DNA from: Thermodesulfobacteriota bacterium
GTDB lineage: Bacteria > Desulfobacterota > Desulfarculia > JACQYL01
NCBI GenBank assembly: GCA_963675595.2
Contig: CAXXLZ010000002.1
Location: 1,472,001 to 1,536,000, forward strand
Direction of reading: 5' to 3'
DNA: 64,000 nucleotides
The notes under the pieces are model-generated. The model did no database searches and was not told where the DNA came from. It saw nothing but the letters and a program-made list of their open reading frames with translations. A program made the position numbers and the translations under genes. This document shows, in pieces, positions 51,062-61,165 of the stretch (within the stretch, counting starts at the first letter, position 1; every line of letters starts with the position of its first letter).

Positions 51062-53455
51062 CTACCTGTCCGTGTCGGGCATGACGTAATCCACCGAGCC
51101 GATGACGGCGATGAAATTCGCAATGGGCTCTCCCACGGCCATCAAGGGCATGGCCTGAATGTGGGCGAAATCCGGCGTGCGAATCCGCATGCGATAAGCC
51201 GTGCCGAGGCCGTCGCTCACCACGTAGTAGCCCTGTTCGCCTCGAGCGCTTTCCGTGGTGAGATAAGCCTCGCCTTCGGGAATTCTGGGCCCCCGGGTCA
51301 CATTGATGAAATGATGAATCAACGTCTCGATGTTCTTCAGCGTCTCGTCCTTGCGGGGAATCGCATAACGATAATCGTCGGTCACATATCTTCCCGGAGG
51401 CATTTGGTTGGCGGCTTGCTCGATAATCCTGACGCTTTGTCGCATTTCTTCCATCCGGACCAGATATCGGGCGTAGCAGTCTCCCTCCGAGAAGTAGGGA
51501 ACGTCGAAATCGAACGCTTCATATCCCGAGTAAGGCATCTTCTTCCGAACATCCCATTCCACGCCGCTCCCGCGCAGAACCGGACCCGTAATTCCCCAGT
51601 CCACGGCGTTGTCCCTTGAGAGAACACCCACTTCCCGGGTTCGACGCTCAAAGATCACATTGTGCGTCAGCAGAGACTCGTAGGTCTTGATCCGACCCGG
51701 AAAGACGCGGAGAAAATCGTCCACGGCCTCCTTCCATCCCTCCGGAAGGTCGGCGGCCAATCCCCCCAGACGAAACCAGGCCGGGTGCAGCCGGGCGCCC
51801 GTGATCAGCTCCACAATGTCCATGATTCTTTCGCGGTCGCTTACCGTGTAAAAGATCGGTGTCATGGCGCCCGTGTCGTGGGCGAGTTCTCCAAGCCACA
51901 TGAGATGATTGCTGATGCGAAAGAATTCCGACAGCATCACCCGCACGAATTTCGCGCGATCCGGAACCTCGATACCCGCCAGGGTTTCCACGGAGTTCAC
52001 GTACGACATGTTGTTGGCCACACCGCTCAAATAATCCACCCGATCGGTATAGGGCATGAACTGGTACCAGGACTGACGCTCCCCGATCTTTTCGACGCCT
52101 CGGTGGTGGTAGCCGATGTCCATGTCCATTTCCAAAATCTCTTCGCCCTCGACCCTCAGAATAAAGCGCATCAGGCCGTGAGTGCTCACGTGATGGGGTC
52201 CGATGTTGATCAGGTATTCCTCCTCGTTCCGCGGAGTAAGATACTCGGAAGCATCGAGCGGCTGAAGACTCTCGGCGTCCGCACGCGTGTAGGGCGGCAT
52301 CTCGGTGGCCCGGCCCGGATAGCTCTTACGTAGAGGATGTCCTTCCCAGGCCGGAGGCAGAATCAATCGACGCAGTCGCGGATGGCCTTGGAATCGAATG
52401 CCGAAAAGATCGAACACCTCCCGTTCATACCAGTTCGCGGAAGGCCAAATATCCGTAATGCTCGAGGCGACGGGGTCTTTGCCGGAGAGGGGAACCTTCA
52501 ATCGTACCCTGGAGGCGGAATCGTAGGAGAGCAGATGGTATACCAGTGTGTAGTCCGCATATTTTTCCGGATTGCGGCGGGTTGACTCGTCGATGGCGGT
52601 CAAATCATCGAGGCGGTGAAACCGAGGCGCGGATTCCGTTTTCAGAAAGTGCAGGACTTGTTTGAGCGACGCCTGGTCCACCTGCAGGGTGAGCATGTCG
52701 GACGTGTGCGGCGTGGGTCGTACGGACGACCCGAATTTCTCCTCCAGAGCGCCGGTCAGGCCTCGATCCCGTTCATTGAGCTCGATGCGACGTGCCGGGG
52801 GCGTCCACATCAGTTCGGAGCGGTTCTCCCGGAACAGCGGAGGAGTCACCGCAGTGCCGCGGGGCGGCGTTCCGTAATAACCGGGGCCTCGGGGTTCCCG
52901 CGACTTGGAGACCCCCTCCACAAGAATCTCTTTCCGGCTCCCTTGAGTTCCCCCGGGGAAACGAAGGATGGATCGAAGCGGCCTTTCCTCCTTGATCTTT
53001 TCCTGGAGCAATATCAACCCCTGTTGAAACGCCTCGGGGCGGGGCGGGCATCCCGGGATGTAGACATCCACGGGAAGGATTTGGTCGATTCCCTGGACAA
53101 CGCTGTAGACATCGTACATGCCGCCGCAGTTGGAGCAGGACCCCATGGACATAACCCACTTGGGTTCCGGCATCTGCTCGTAAAGTCGCACAATTACAGG
53201 CGCCATTTTTTTGAAAATGGTGCCCGAAGTGACGAGCAAATCGGCCTCGCGGGGGGTGCCTCGCAGTACCTCGGCTCCGAACCGGCTGATATCGTAACGT
53301 GACGTGTACGTTACCATCTGTTCGATGAAGCAGCAGGAGAGCCCGAAGAACATGGGCCAGAGGCTGTATTTGCGGCACCAGTTGATGAGGTCGTCGATCC
53401 TACGCTCGACGAAATCCTCAACGTTTTCCGTAGGTTTCAGTTCGCCTTCTTCCAA
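51062..53455 (-). CDS. nuoBCD: Fused NADH:quinone oxidoreductase subunit B/C/D
   Basis: NuoB ([27 protein letters not shown]), NuoC ([20 protein letters not shown]) and NuoD (GPHH.STHG, GYHHRG, YTDRVDY, final DR) in one ORF. TTG start after AAGGAG. Confidence 0.93.
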   Translation of the reverse strand: MEEGELKPTENVEDFVERRIDDLINWCRKYSLWPMFFGLSCCFIEQMVTYTSRYDISRFGAEVLRGTPREADLLVTSGTIFKKMAPVIVRLYEQMPEPKWVMSMGSCSNCGGMYDVYSVVQGIDQILPVDVYIPGCPPRPEAFQQGLILLQEKIKEERPLRSILRFPGGTQGSRKEILVEGVSKSREPRGPGYYGTPPRGTAVTPPLFRENRSELMWTPPARRIELNERDRGLTGALEEKFGSSVRPTPHTSDMLTLQVDQASLKQVLHFLKTESAPRFHRLDDLTAIDESTRRNPEKYADYTLVYHLLSYDSASRVRLKVPLSGKDPVASSITDIWPSANWYEREVFDLFGIRFQGHPRLRRLILPPAWEGHPLRKSYPGRATEMPPYTRADAESLQPLDASEYLTPRNEEEYLINIGPHHVSTHGLMRFILRVEGEEILEMDMDIGYHHRGVEKIGERQSWYQFMPYTDRVDYLSGVANNMSYVNSVETLAGIEVPDRAKFVRVMLSEFFRISNHLMWLGELAHDTGAMTPIFYTVSDRERIMDIVELITGARLHPAWFRLGGLAADLPEGWKEAVDDFLRVFPGRIKTYESLLTHNVIFERRTREVGVLSRDNAVDWGITGPVLRGSGVEWDVRKKMPYSGYEAFDFDVPYFSEGDCYARYLVRMEEMRQSVRIIEQAANQMPPGRYVTDDYRYAIPRKDETLKNIETLIHHFINVTRGPRIPEGEAYLTTESARGEQGYYVVSDGLGTAYRMRIRTPDFAHIQAMPLMAVGEPIANFIAVIGSVDYVMPDTDR

Positions 53456-53823
53456 TCGAGCGCTCCTTTTCTCCAAACATAGAAAAGGCTGAACAACAAC
53501 ACGACAATGAACAAGGTTATCCTGAGATAACCCAACAGACCCAGCTCATCGAAAGCGACGGCCCAGGAAAAAATGAACGCGGCTTCCACATCGAAAATAA
53601 GGAAGAAAATAGCGGTCAAATAAAAGGGAACGGGGTAGCGAAACCAAGCGGAACCCGTCGGAATGACTCCGCATTCGTAGGCACGCCCCTTTTCGAGGCT
53701 GCTGCGCTTCTCGCCGATTCGGCTACAGAGGAAGAGAAGAACCCCCGTTACGGCAACCACCAGAAAAGCATAGGCTGAGAGAGCGAAAACTCCCGGCTCC
53801 CAGGGTGTGAAGGCTCCGGTCAT
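53437..53823 (-). CDS. nuoA: NADH:quinone oxidoreductase subunit A
   Basis: [25 protein letters not shown]. Confidence 0.95.
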   Translation of the reverse strand: MTGAFTPWEPGVFALSAYAFLVVAVTGVLLFLCSRIGEKRSSLEKGRAYECGVIPTGSAWFRYPVPFYLTAIFFLIFDVEAAFIFSWAVAFDELGLLGYLRITLFIVVLLFSLFYVWRKGALDWKKAN

Positions 53824-54092
53824 GCTTCATTTCCTCTATTTGCCGCCTGGCCCGAGGGCTCTTGAGAAAATACCCGTCAGGGACCTATATGTGGCCGACG
53901 ATTGATTTCATTGATCACTGGAAAGCATCTTATTCAGTCAGCATATACCAAGACCGAAGAATGGAAATGCAGTGAATCGCCTATTTCAGCACCCTGAGTC
54001 CTGTATTCAAATTTGACGAATGCGAACGCATTCCCCATCGGTCTCTCTCAATATCTCCGCGGCCCTCTCCTCCGCCTCCATCACCTTCCGCG

Positions 54093-54238
54093 GCGGGCCG
54101 CCCAAAAACAAGACCTGCGGTCTTGCGCTTCATCACTCGTTACCGCGACATACTCACTGTACGACTCGTTCCCCGGGATTCACGCGCATGCAACTCGTTG
54201 TTTTTCAGCAGCCCGCGGCAACCGGCTTTTCTCAAGGG
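54093..54238 (+). repeat. Repeat family A, diverged full-length copy
   Basis: TTGCGCTTCATCACTCGTTACCGCGACATACTCACTGTACGACTCGTTCCCCGGGATT...GCAACCGGC aligns end to end with the revcomp of 39147-39297. Confidence 0.8.
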
Positions 54239-54385
54239 ATTGCCGGGCGTCGGTATCGCCCTAAAACAATACACGGTCGGTTGAAGGATTACATGATGAA
54301 CCCTATTCTACTGGAAGTCGATTCGTAGCATGAAAACCTGGAAGAAGAACCGCCGCCGATTCACTCAAGGTTCGGGAGAAGAGAA

Positions 54386-56194
54386 ATGAAAGACTCACCC
54401 TATCCGCCCATCGGCGATTACGGCTACATCGGAGATTGCCACTCCGCCGCCTTGATCTCCAAGTCCGGATCCATCGATTGGTGCTGCATGCCGAGGATCG
54501 ATTCGTCCAGTTGCTTCGGCCGACTCCTCGATTGGGAAAAAGGGGGATACTGTCAAATCTCCGTCAAAGGGAATTTGACGATATCTCGCAGGTATCTACC
54601 CCGAACCCTGATCCTGGAGACCACCTTTCACGGTGATCATGGTGAAGCTCGCCTGCTTGACTGCTTTACCATGCGGCAAGGAGGAGAACACCATCCTCAC
54701 AAACAAATCCTGAGAATTGTCGAAGGCGTGCAAGGCAGAGTGGAATTCCACCTCAATGTGGTCCCTCGTTTTGATTACGGCGCGGTGAAACCATGGATCC
54801 AGCGATACGGTGAGGAATACTTCAGCGCCATTGGCGGCAGCAACGGCCTTCTGTTCTGCGGCGATTTTCCCATCCACACGACACATCGGCACGATCTGTC
54901 CGGTTCCTGCGTCGTGGAAGAGGGCGAAAGACGTCGCTTCTCCTTTCTTTTCCGAAGGCCGGAAGAACTGGACGAGGGCCTTGTTGAGGTCCCCGACAAG
55001 GAAGAGCTCGACCGCTCCATGGAAGAAACCGTCGCTTGGTGGCACAACTGGTCTTCCCGAACTCGGGCGCAGGGTCCCTTTGCCGAAGCGGCCGCTCGAT
55101 CCGCGATTGTGCTCAAAGGCCTTTCCAACGCCCCAACCGGGGCCATCGCAGCAGCGCCCACCACCTCCCTCCCCGAGGCCATGGGCGGAACAAGAAACTG
55201 GGACTACCGTTTCACCTGGATCCGAGATTCCGCATTCACGGTTCGGTCCCTGGTGGAACTCGGTCATGACCATGAAGCGGACGGTTTTCGGCGTTTTGTG
55301 GAACGAAGCGCCGCCGGCAATGCCGACGAAATCCAGGTGCTTTTCGGCGTGGGAGGCGAACGACGGCTTCAGGAGATGGAAATTGAGTCTCTGGAGGGCT
55401 ACCGGGGTTCCTCCCCGGTCCGTGTGGGTAATGCGGCGGAGAAACAGATTCAGTTGGATGTATATGGCGAGCTTCTGGACCTCGCCTGGCTTTGGCACCG
55501 CAGAGGCCGACGCCCTGACGAGGACTATTGGGATTTCCTGGTCGATCTGGTCAACGCGGCTTCCCGACAGTGGCGACAACCGGACTGCGGTATATGGGAA
55601 ATCCGGTCCGAGCCGAGGCATTTCGTGCAGTCCAAAGCCATGTGCTGGTCGGCGCTGGACAGAGGCATCAGACTGGCGGAAGAACTCGATTTGAGTGCGC
55701 CTGTGGAAGACTGGAAATCCGCCCGCCGTGAGCTTAGACGGGTCATCGATGAAAAAGGCTACAACAAAGAACGAGGGGTGTATATTCAGGCCTTCGACGT
55801 TCCCAAAATGGACTCCGCGCTCTTACTCCTGCCGATTATCGAGTTCATAGACTACAACGACGAACGGATGGTCCGCACCACCGACGCCGTGATGAAAGAC
55901 CTCATGGAAGACGGACTCCTGCGTCGATACCCGCCTGGTGAGGACGGGCTCGAGGGAACGGAAGGCACGTTCCTGGCCTGCTCCTTCTGGCTGGCGGAGT
56001 GTCTGGCGCGTCAGGGGCGTTCCGAAGAAGCCCGCCGGGTCTTCGAACGCGTGCTCTCCGTTGGAAACGATCTCGGCCTCTTTTCGGAGGAGTGCGACCC
56101 CCGGACCGGGGAAATGCTGGGCAATTTCCCCCAAGGGCTGACCCACCTGTCCCTCATTTCAGCCGCACAGACCCTCAATGAAACGTGTCAATGA
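54386..56194 (+). CDS. Glycoside hydrolase family 15 (trehalase/glucoamylase-like)
   Basis: IGDYGYIGD, AAPTTSLPE..GG.RNWDYRFTWIRD, QLDVYGE, GIWE.R, LGNFPQ..TH. Confidence 0.94.
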   Translation: MKDSPYPPIGDYGYIGDCHSAALISKSGSIDWCCMPRIDSSSCFGRLLDWEKGGYCQISVKGNLTISRRYLPRTLILETTFHGDHGEARLLDCFTMRQGGEHHPHKQILRIVEGVQGRVEFHLNVVPRFDYGAVKPWIQRYGEEYFSAIGGSNGLLFCGDFPIHTTHRHDLSGSCVVEEGERRRFSFLFRRPEELDEGLVEVPDKEELDRSMEETVAWWHNWSSRTRAQGPFAEAAARSAIVLKGLSNAPTGAIAAAPTTSLPEAMGGTRNWDYRFTWIRDSAFTVRSLVELGHDHEADGFRRFVERSAAGNADEIQVLFGVGGERRLQEMEIESLEGYRGSSPVRVGNAAEKQIQLDVYGELLDLAWLWHRRGRRPDEDYWDFLVDLVNAASRQWRQPDCGIWEIRSEPRHFVQSKAMCWSALDRGIRLAEELDLSAPVEDWKSARRELRRVIDEKGYNKERGVYIQAFDVPKMDSALLLLPIIEFIDYNDERMVRTTDAVMKDLMEDGLLRRYPPGEDGLEGTEGTFLACSFWLAECLARQGRSEEARRVFERVLSVGNDLGLFSEECDPRTGEMLGNFPQGLTHLSLISAAQTLNETCQ

Positions 56195-56211
56195 AGGGTT
56201 TGAAGACACGC

Positions 56212-56232
56212 TCCGCCCCTCACCGGGGCGGA
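56212..56232. terminator. Hairpin between the convergent GH15 and gnd genes (probable terminator)
   Basis: TCCGCCCC-TCACC-GGGGCGGA 8-bp stem followed by TGTTT. Confidence 0.5.
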
Positions 56233-56236
56233 TGTT

Positions 56237-57652
56237 TCATGAGTTCCATTCCGTGTGAAAGGTCCCTTCGTCGTCGATCCGCTCGTACCTGTGGGCGCCG
56301 AAATAGTCCCTCTGAGCCATGATCAGATTGGCCGGCAGTCGAAGGCTTCGGTAGGCGTCATAGTACGCGAGGGCGGACATGTGTCCCGGCACCGGGATGC
56401 CGAGTTCGACTCCGGCCGACACCACGCCGCGGAGGTCTTGTTGACAAGCAGAGAGCTTCTCGACCACATGAGGCGACAGGACCATGTTATCCAGGCCCGG
56501 TTGGGCTCGGAAGGCTTCCCGAATATCTTCCAGCACGCCCGCACGTATGATGCAGCCTCCTCTCCAAATTCGCGCCACCGCCTCCATGTCCAAACCGTAT
56601 TCGTACCTGAGTGAAGCCTGTCTCAGCAGGCTCATTCCCTGGGCATAGGTAAGGAGCACGGCCGCGAACAACCCTTTTTGAAGGCCGTCCGGCAAACTCT
56701 CCGGATGCGCGATCGAGGTCCGAGAAGGCCCTTGGAGAACCTCGGAAGCCTTACGTCGGTCGGCTTGGTAATCCGACAGGTTTCGCATGGTTACCGCGGC
56801 GTCGATGGTGGGCACGGGATTCTGCAGCTCCATGGCGTCCATGGAGGCCCATTTCCCCGTACCCTTCTGTCGCGCCCGATCCATGATCATGTCGACCAGA
56901 GGCCTGCCGGTTCGATCGTCCTTGCGAGCCAACACCTGCGCCGTGATCTCGATGAGGTATCCTTGAAGCTCACCCCGGTTCCATTTCTCATAAATGGAAC
57001 TCAGGCGCTCCGCATCAAAGCCCGGACCCCGACTGAGAAGATCGTAGGTCTCGGCAATAAGCTGCATGATCCCGTATTCTATACCGTTGTGAACCATCTT
57101 GACATAGTGGCCGGCGGATCGGGGACCAAGATAGGCGACACAGGGTTCTCCATTCACCCGTGCCGCGGAAGCTTCGAGAATCGAGCGTATCCGAGTATAC
57201 CCTTCCTCCGATCCGCCCGGCATCAAGCTGGGACCGTGGCGAGCGCCGGACTCCCCTCCCGAGACACCCATACCGAGAAATAGGATTCCTTTTTCCCGCA
57301 GCCTTTCTTCCCTTCTATCGGTGTCTTTGAAATGGGAATTGCCGCAATCGACGACCAGGTCCCCGGGACCGATTACGTCCGGCAGTTCACCGATCACCTC
57401 ATCCACCGCATCGCCCGCGGGGACAAAGATCAGAACGGTCTTCGGACTTTTCAGGGTGTCTGCAAACTCCTTTATGGAATATCCCGGTGTAATTGGGCGG
57501 CCGTTCACCTCTTCCCGGATGAATCGCCGGGTCTTCTCGGTGGTTCTATTGTAGACCCCCACCCGAACGCCTTTGTCGGCCATGTTGAGGGCGAAGTTCT
57601 TGCCCATTACCCCCAGCCCCACCAAGCCGACGTCGCACAAACTGTCGGTCAT
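56237..57652 (-). CDS. gndA: 6-phosphogluconate dehydrogenase, NADP-dependent
   Basis: GLGVMG, YNRT, VSGGE.GA, GHYVKMVHNGIEYG, QKGTGKW, AQRDYFGAH. Confidence 0.96.
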   Translation of the reverse strand: MTDSLCDVGLVGLGVMGKNFALNMADKGVRVGVYNRTTEKTRRFIREEVNGRPITPGYSIKEFADTLKSPKTVLIFVPAGDAVDEVIGELPDVIGPGDLVVDCGNSHFKDTDRREERLREKGILFLGMGVSGGESGARHGPSLMPGGSEEGYTRIRSILEASAARVNGEPCVAYLGPRSAGHYVKMVHNGIEYGIMQLIAETYDLLSRGPGFDAERLSSIYEKWNRGELQGYLIEITAQVLARKDDRTGRPLVDMIMDRARQKGTGKWASMDAMELQNPVPTIDAAVTMRNLSDYQADRRKASEVLQGPSRTSIAHPESLPDGLQKGLFAAVLLTYAQGMSLLRQASLRYEYGLDMEAVARIWRGGCIIRAGVLEDIREAFRAQPGLDNMVLSPHVVEKLSACQQDLRGVVSAGVELGIPVPGHMSALAYYDAYRSLRLPANLIMAQRDYFGAHRYERIDDEGTFHTEWNS

Positions 57653-57695
57653 ATTTTCCCCTTTGTCTTTCGTGCACGGTAAAAAGGCCGCTTCT

Positions 57696-60533
57696 TCACG
57701 AAGGCCTACCACCGGCGAACGCTTGTCCTATCGCTTGATTCAGTCGGGCCAATCCCAACCCCACATCGTTTCCCAGGTCGATTCGGAGTATCCGGCGACC
57801 GCGTTTCCGCAACGCCTGAAAATCACCTTGAGCCTGCGCTCGGTTGAAAGCGGAGAACCCGTAAGCCCTTCCCGAAATGGCGCGATCCGATCCGTGTTCC
57901 GCCGTCAGCAGTACAAAGAGACCGGTGTCCGGGCCGCCCTTGTGATATTGGCCGGTGGAATGAAGATATCTCGGGCCATAACCCACCGTGGTCGCGACAT
58001 GGAGATGTTCCTGCAGGTCCCGACAAAGGCATCGAAGGGCGTTTTCCGTGGCCCGCTCTTCGGTGAGATACGCAAGGAACGCCACATAGTCTCCCCGGCG
58101 GGCCTGTGAGAAGAAATGAAAGAGACTCGTCCCGACGCTCGACTCACCGGACCCGCCGTAAAGCGCCAGGGGAGGTTCCGTCAGGGAAGGTTGCTCTTCG
58201 GGAAGGCGTCCCGTCTCTGAAACGACGCGTAGAAGTTCGTTCGTGTTTTCCTTGCTTTCGCGGACGTTGGGCTGGTCGAAAGGATTGATGGTCAGAATGG
58301 CGCCGGCGACGGCAACCGCCGTTTCCCAACGGAAGAATTCTTGACCCAGGTCCTCCCGATCTTCCAGATCGATGGTCACAACCGGCTGGTCGGACTCACG
58401 GATTCGAGACACGGTGCGTTCCAAGATTTCGTCCGGTTCCCGCTTCAATCGCATGTGGACGAATACGCGATCGCTTCCATAGATGGAAGGCCGGGCCGCA
58501 AGCTCGCCCGCCACGGGCAACATACCCTTGCCCTCTTTTCCCGTGCTTTCCGCCAGCAACTGTTCGATCCACATGCCCAGCGGGGACAGGGCATCAGGCA
58601 GCAACAAGGTGATCTTGTCTCTCCCTTGCCGGGCAAGGTGTCCGAGCACCGCCCCCAGGACCAATCCCGGGTTGTCTTCGGCTCTTGCACCCGACCGGCA
58701 CGCGTGCGCCATTCTGAGGGCTCTCAACAGCAGGCCTTCCACATCCAGACCATAAAGGGCGGCGGGCACGAGCCCAAAATAAGACAACGCCGAATAGCGC
58801 CCTCCGATGTCCGGATAGTTCAAAAAAATGCGGCGAAAACTTCGTTCTTGGGCTCGATTCGCGAGAGGACTGGACGGATCCGTGATCACAACAAAATTTT
58901 CTCCCGCCTTGTCGCCCTTGATCTCCTCGACCTTGGAATAGAAAAAATCTCCGAAAGCCAGAGGTTCCGCCGTCGTACCGGACTTGCTGGCTACGATGAA
59001 AAGCGTTTTTTCCAGAGGCGCTTGATCTTCCATTTCCCGGACCGTGGCGGGGTCCGTGGTGTCGAGCACGGAAAGAGGAAGACCATCGGCCCCTTGAGGA
59101 AAAATTCGCTTGAATGCCAACGGCGCCAGGCTGCTCCCACCCATTCCCATGTGTACGACGTGCTGGAACCCGGCATCTTTCACGTCTTTTGCGAAGGCCT
59201 TTAATTCCTTCACATTTCTTGCCATCTTCCCGGCCACATGAAGCCAACCCAAAGCGCCGCGAATCGCGTCACCGGTTTTGGAATCGGCGCTCCACAGTGT
59301 GGGATCCTTTTTCCAAAGGCGTTTACCAAAAGCGCTGGTTTCCAATTGCATCAGCGTTTCGTGAACCCCGTCTCCCAACTCCCCGAGTTCGAGGCTTTGC
59401 GTATTCGGTGCTTCCCGCAAGGCCTCCGCGCGCTTCTCTTCGAGATTCGACATGAGATCGTCATAGGGTTTGTTGAACTTCTCGATTCCTTCGTCTTCCA
59501 GTTGCTGCGTCACCTGATCGAGGTCGATCCCCAGTTCGTCCAGTCGGTCGAGGACTTGGCGGGCTTCCGCAAGGCCCCGCTCCAGCCTGGGAGCCGGATC
59601 ACCGTGGTCCCGATACGCATCGAGCGTTTCCTGAGGCACGGTATTGACCGTCTCCGGACCGATGAGCGCCTCCACATACTTGACGTCGGAGTAATCCGGA
59701 TTCTTGGTGCTCGTGCTGGCCCACAATACTCTCTGCGGCCGAGCTCCCGCCTCACGCAAGGCAAGAAAGCGCTTGCCGCCGAAAATTTCCTTATAAATCG
59801 CGTAAGCCTGTTTGGCTGAGGCGACGGCCACACTGCCGAGCAGGCCCCGCGCCGCCGTCGCTCCGGCCTCGTCTTGTTCGATCGTTTTTTGCAGGAGGGA
59901 ATCCACGAGCACATCGATACGGCTGAGAAAGAAACTGGCCACCGATGCGATGCCCTCAACGGGGACTCCCTTTTCCAGTCCGTCCTCCAAACCCAGGATA
60001 TAGGCTTCCGCAACCTCACGATACCTGGGAAGCCCGAACAGTAACGTCACATTGACGTTGATCCCCTCGCTGATAAGCCGACGGATGCAGGTCAGTCCCT
60101 CTTTGGTGGCGGGGACCTTGATGAACACGTTGGGTCGATCCAATTCGTTCCATAGGCGACGGGCCTCGACGAGAGTTCCTTCCACGTCGCGGGCGAGATG
60201 GGGATTGACTTCGAGACTGACAAATCCCGTCGCTCTCTGCGATTGGTCATAGAACGGCCTTAGGAGATCGGAAGCATCCCGGATGTCCTCGATGGTTAGA
60301 TCGTCATAGATTTCTTCTTTGCTCTTCCCCTGCAAAGCGAGCGCTTTGACGGCGTTGTCATAGTCATGACTTCCCGTGATGGCCTTATCGAAGATACTGG
60401 GATTTGAAGTGATTCCACGGATTCCGTCCCGCTCGATCAGGTCCTTCAATTCACCGGAGGTGATGATCCCGCGACGCAGGTCATCCAACCAGATATTCTG
60501 GCCCAGCTCTCCCAACTTAAGTAACGGATTCAT
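57696..60533 (-). CDS. Bifunctional transaldolase / glucose-6-phosphate isomerase
   Basis: Tal (TSNPSIF, IKVPAT, NVTLLF, WASTSTK) fused to PGI-like domain (GMGGSSL, SKSGTT.E, GGRYS, EQLLAESTGK, NPFDQPNV). Confidence 0.93.
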   Translation of the reverse strand: MNPLLKLGELGQNIWLDDLRRGIITSGELKDLIERDGIRGITSNPSIFDKAITGSHDYDNAVKALALQGKSKEEIYDDLTIEDIRDASDLLRPFYDQSQRATGFVSLEVNPHLARDVEGTLVEARRLWNELDRPNVFIKVPATKEGLTCIRRLISEGINVNVTLLFGLPRYREVAEAYILGLEDGLEKGVPVEGIASVASFFLSRIDVLVDSLLQKTIEQDEAGATAARGLLGSVAVASAKQAYAIYKEIFGGKRFLALREAGARPQRVLWASTSTKNPDYSDVKYVEALIGPETVNTVPQETLDAYRDHGDPAPRLERGLAEARQVLDRLDELGIDLDQVTQQLEDEGIEKFNKPYDDLMSNLEEKRAEALREAPNTQSLELGELGDGVHETLMQLETSAFGKRLWKKDPTLWSADSKTGDAIRGALGWLHVAGKMARNVKELKAFAKDVKDAGFQHVVHMGMGGSSLAPLAFKRIFPQGADGLPLSVLDTTDPATVREMEDQAPLEKTLFIVASKSGTTAEPLAFGDFFYSKVEEIKGDKAGENFVVITDPSSPLANRAQERSFRRIFLNYPDIGGRYSALSYFGLVPAALYGLDVEGLLLRALRMAHACRSGARAEDNPGLVLGAVLGHLARQGRDKITLLLPDALSPLGMWIEQLLAESTGKEGKGMLPVAGELAARPSIYGSDRVFVHMRLKREPDEILERTVSRIRESDQPVVTIDLEDREDLGQEFFRWETAVAVAGAILTINPFDQPNVRESKENTNELLRVVSETGRLPEEQPSLTEPPLALYGGSGESSVGTSLFHFFSQARRGDYVAFLAYLTEERATENALRCLCRDLQEHLHVATTVGYGPRYLHSTGQYHKGGPDTGLFVLLTAEHGSDRAISGRAYGFSAFNRAQAQGDFQALRKRGRRILRIDLGNDVGLGLARLNQAIGQAFAGGRPS

Positions 60534-61165
60534 ATTCGGGACTTCCTTTCCTCTTCAAGGATGACGCCTCGGAGCATCATCCGAGTGTCGCCATCCTGGT
60601 GGGTATGTCACCTATTAGATTAGTCCATCCGGATTTTTCCGACATACGTCTCAGGCTGTATTTGAGGGCTGTGCTTGCGGTAGAGCCCTACAGGTTGAAC
60701 GAGCGGGTCGCGAGAGGAAGGTGCGTCCCAATGAGGCGGGCGACGGGTCACGCAGAGACGGACCGGGGCGTCACGATCGGGTCTCGCTCCAAGGAATGTG
60801 CGCGTCGACCTTCAGAGTCGGGTCACGCGAAAGTTGCCTTCAGGCCCGCAAATGGGACTCCCGCGTCAATCCGCTCACACCGCGTGGGACATCCGAGGAA
60901 TACTCCGGGTTTGTTCACCGGATGCACGATAGACCCGATTAACGTTGTCGGCCCGCCGCGATAAAAGAAGCTGATACTCGAGGCATCCGTTCGCCGCCTC
61001 GGTGCGATGAGGAATGCGATCCATTCTCCGTTATCCTGAATGATCCGGATTCCGGAAGGCGGGCTTGCGGTCTTTCACAAAGCGGTAGGTTCTACTCGCC
61101 GTCTGAAGCAAAGACCGCGGAGGCGGATGCGCCGGTACGGCAAGATCACGAAAAGGAGTCAGGCC

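Noticed and set aside
57696-60533. Transaldolase-PGI fusion as a novelty
   Set aside because: The bifunctional Tal/Pgi is an established family.
60704-60860. Spaced repeats as a degenerate CRISPR array
   Set aside because: The repeated word is only 9-10 bp, the spacers resemble each other, and there are no cas genes in the window.
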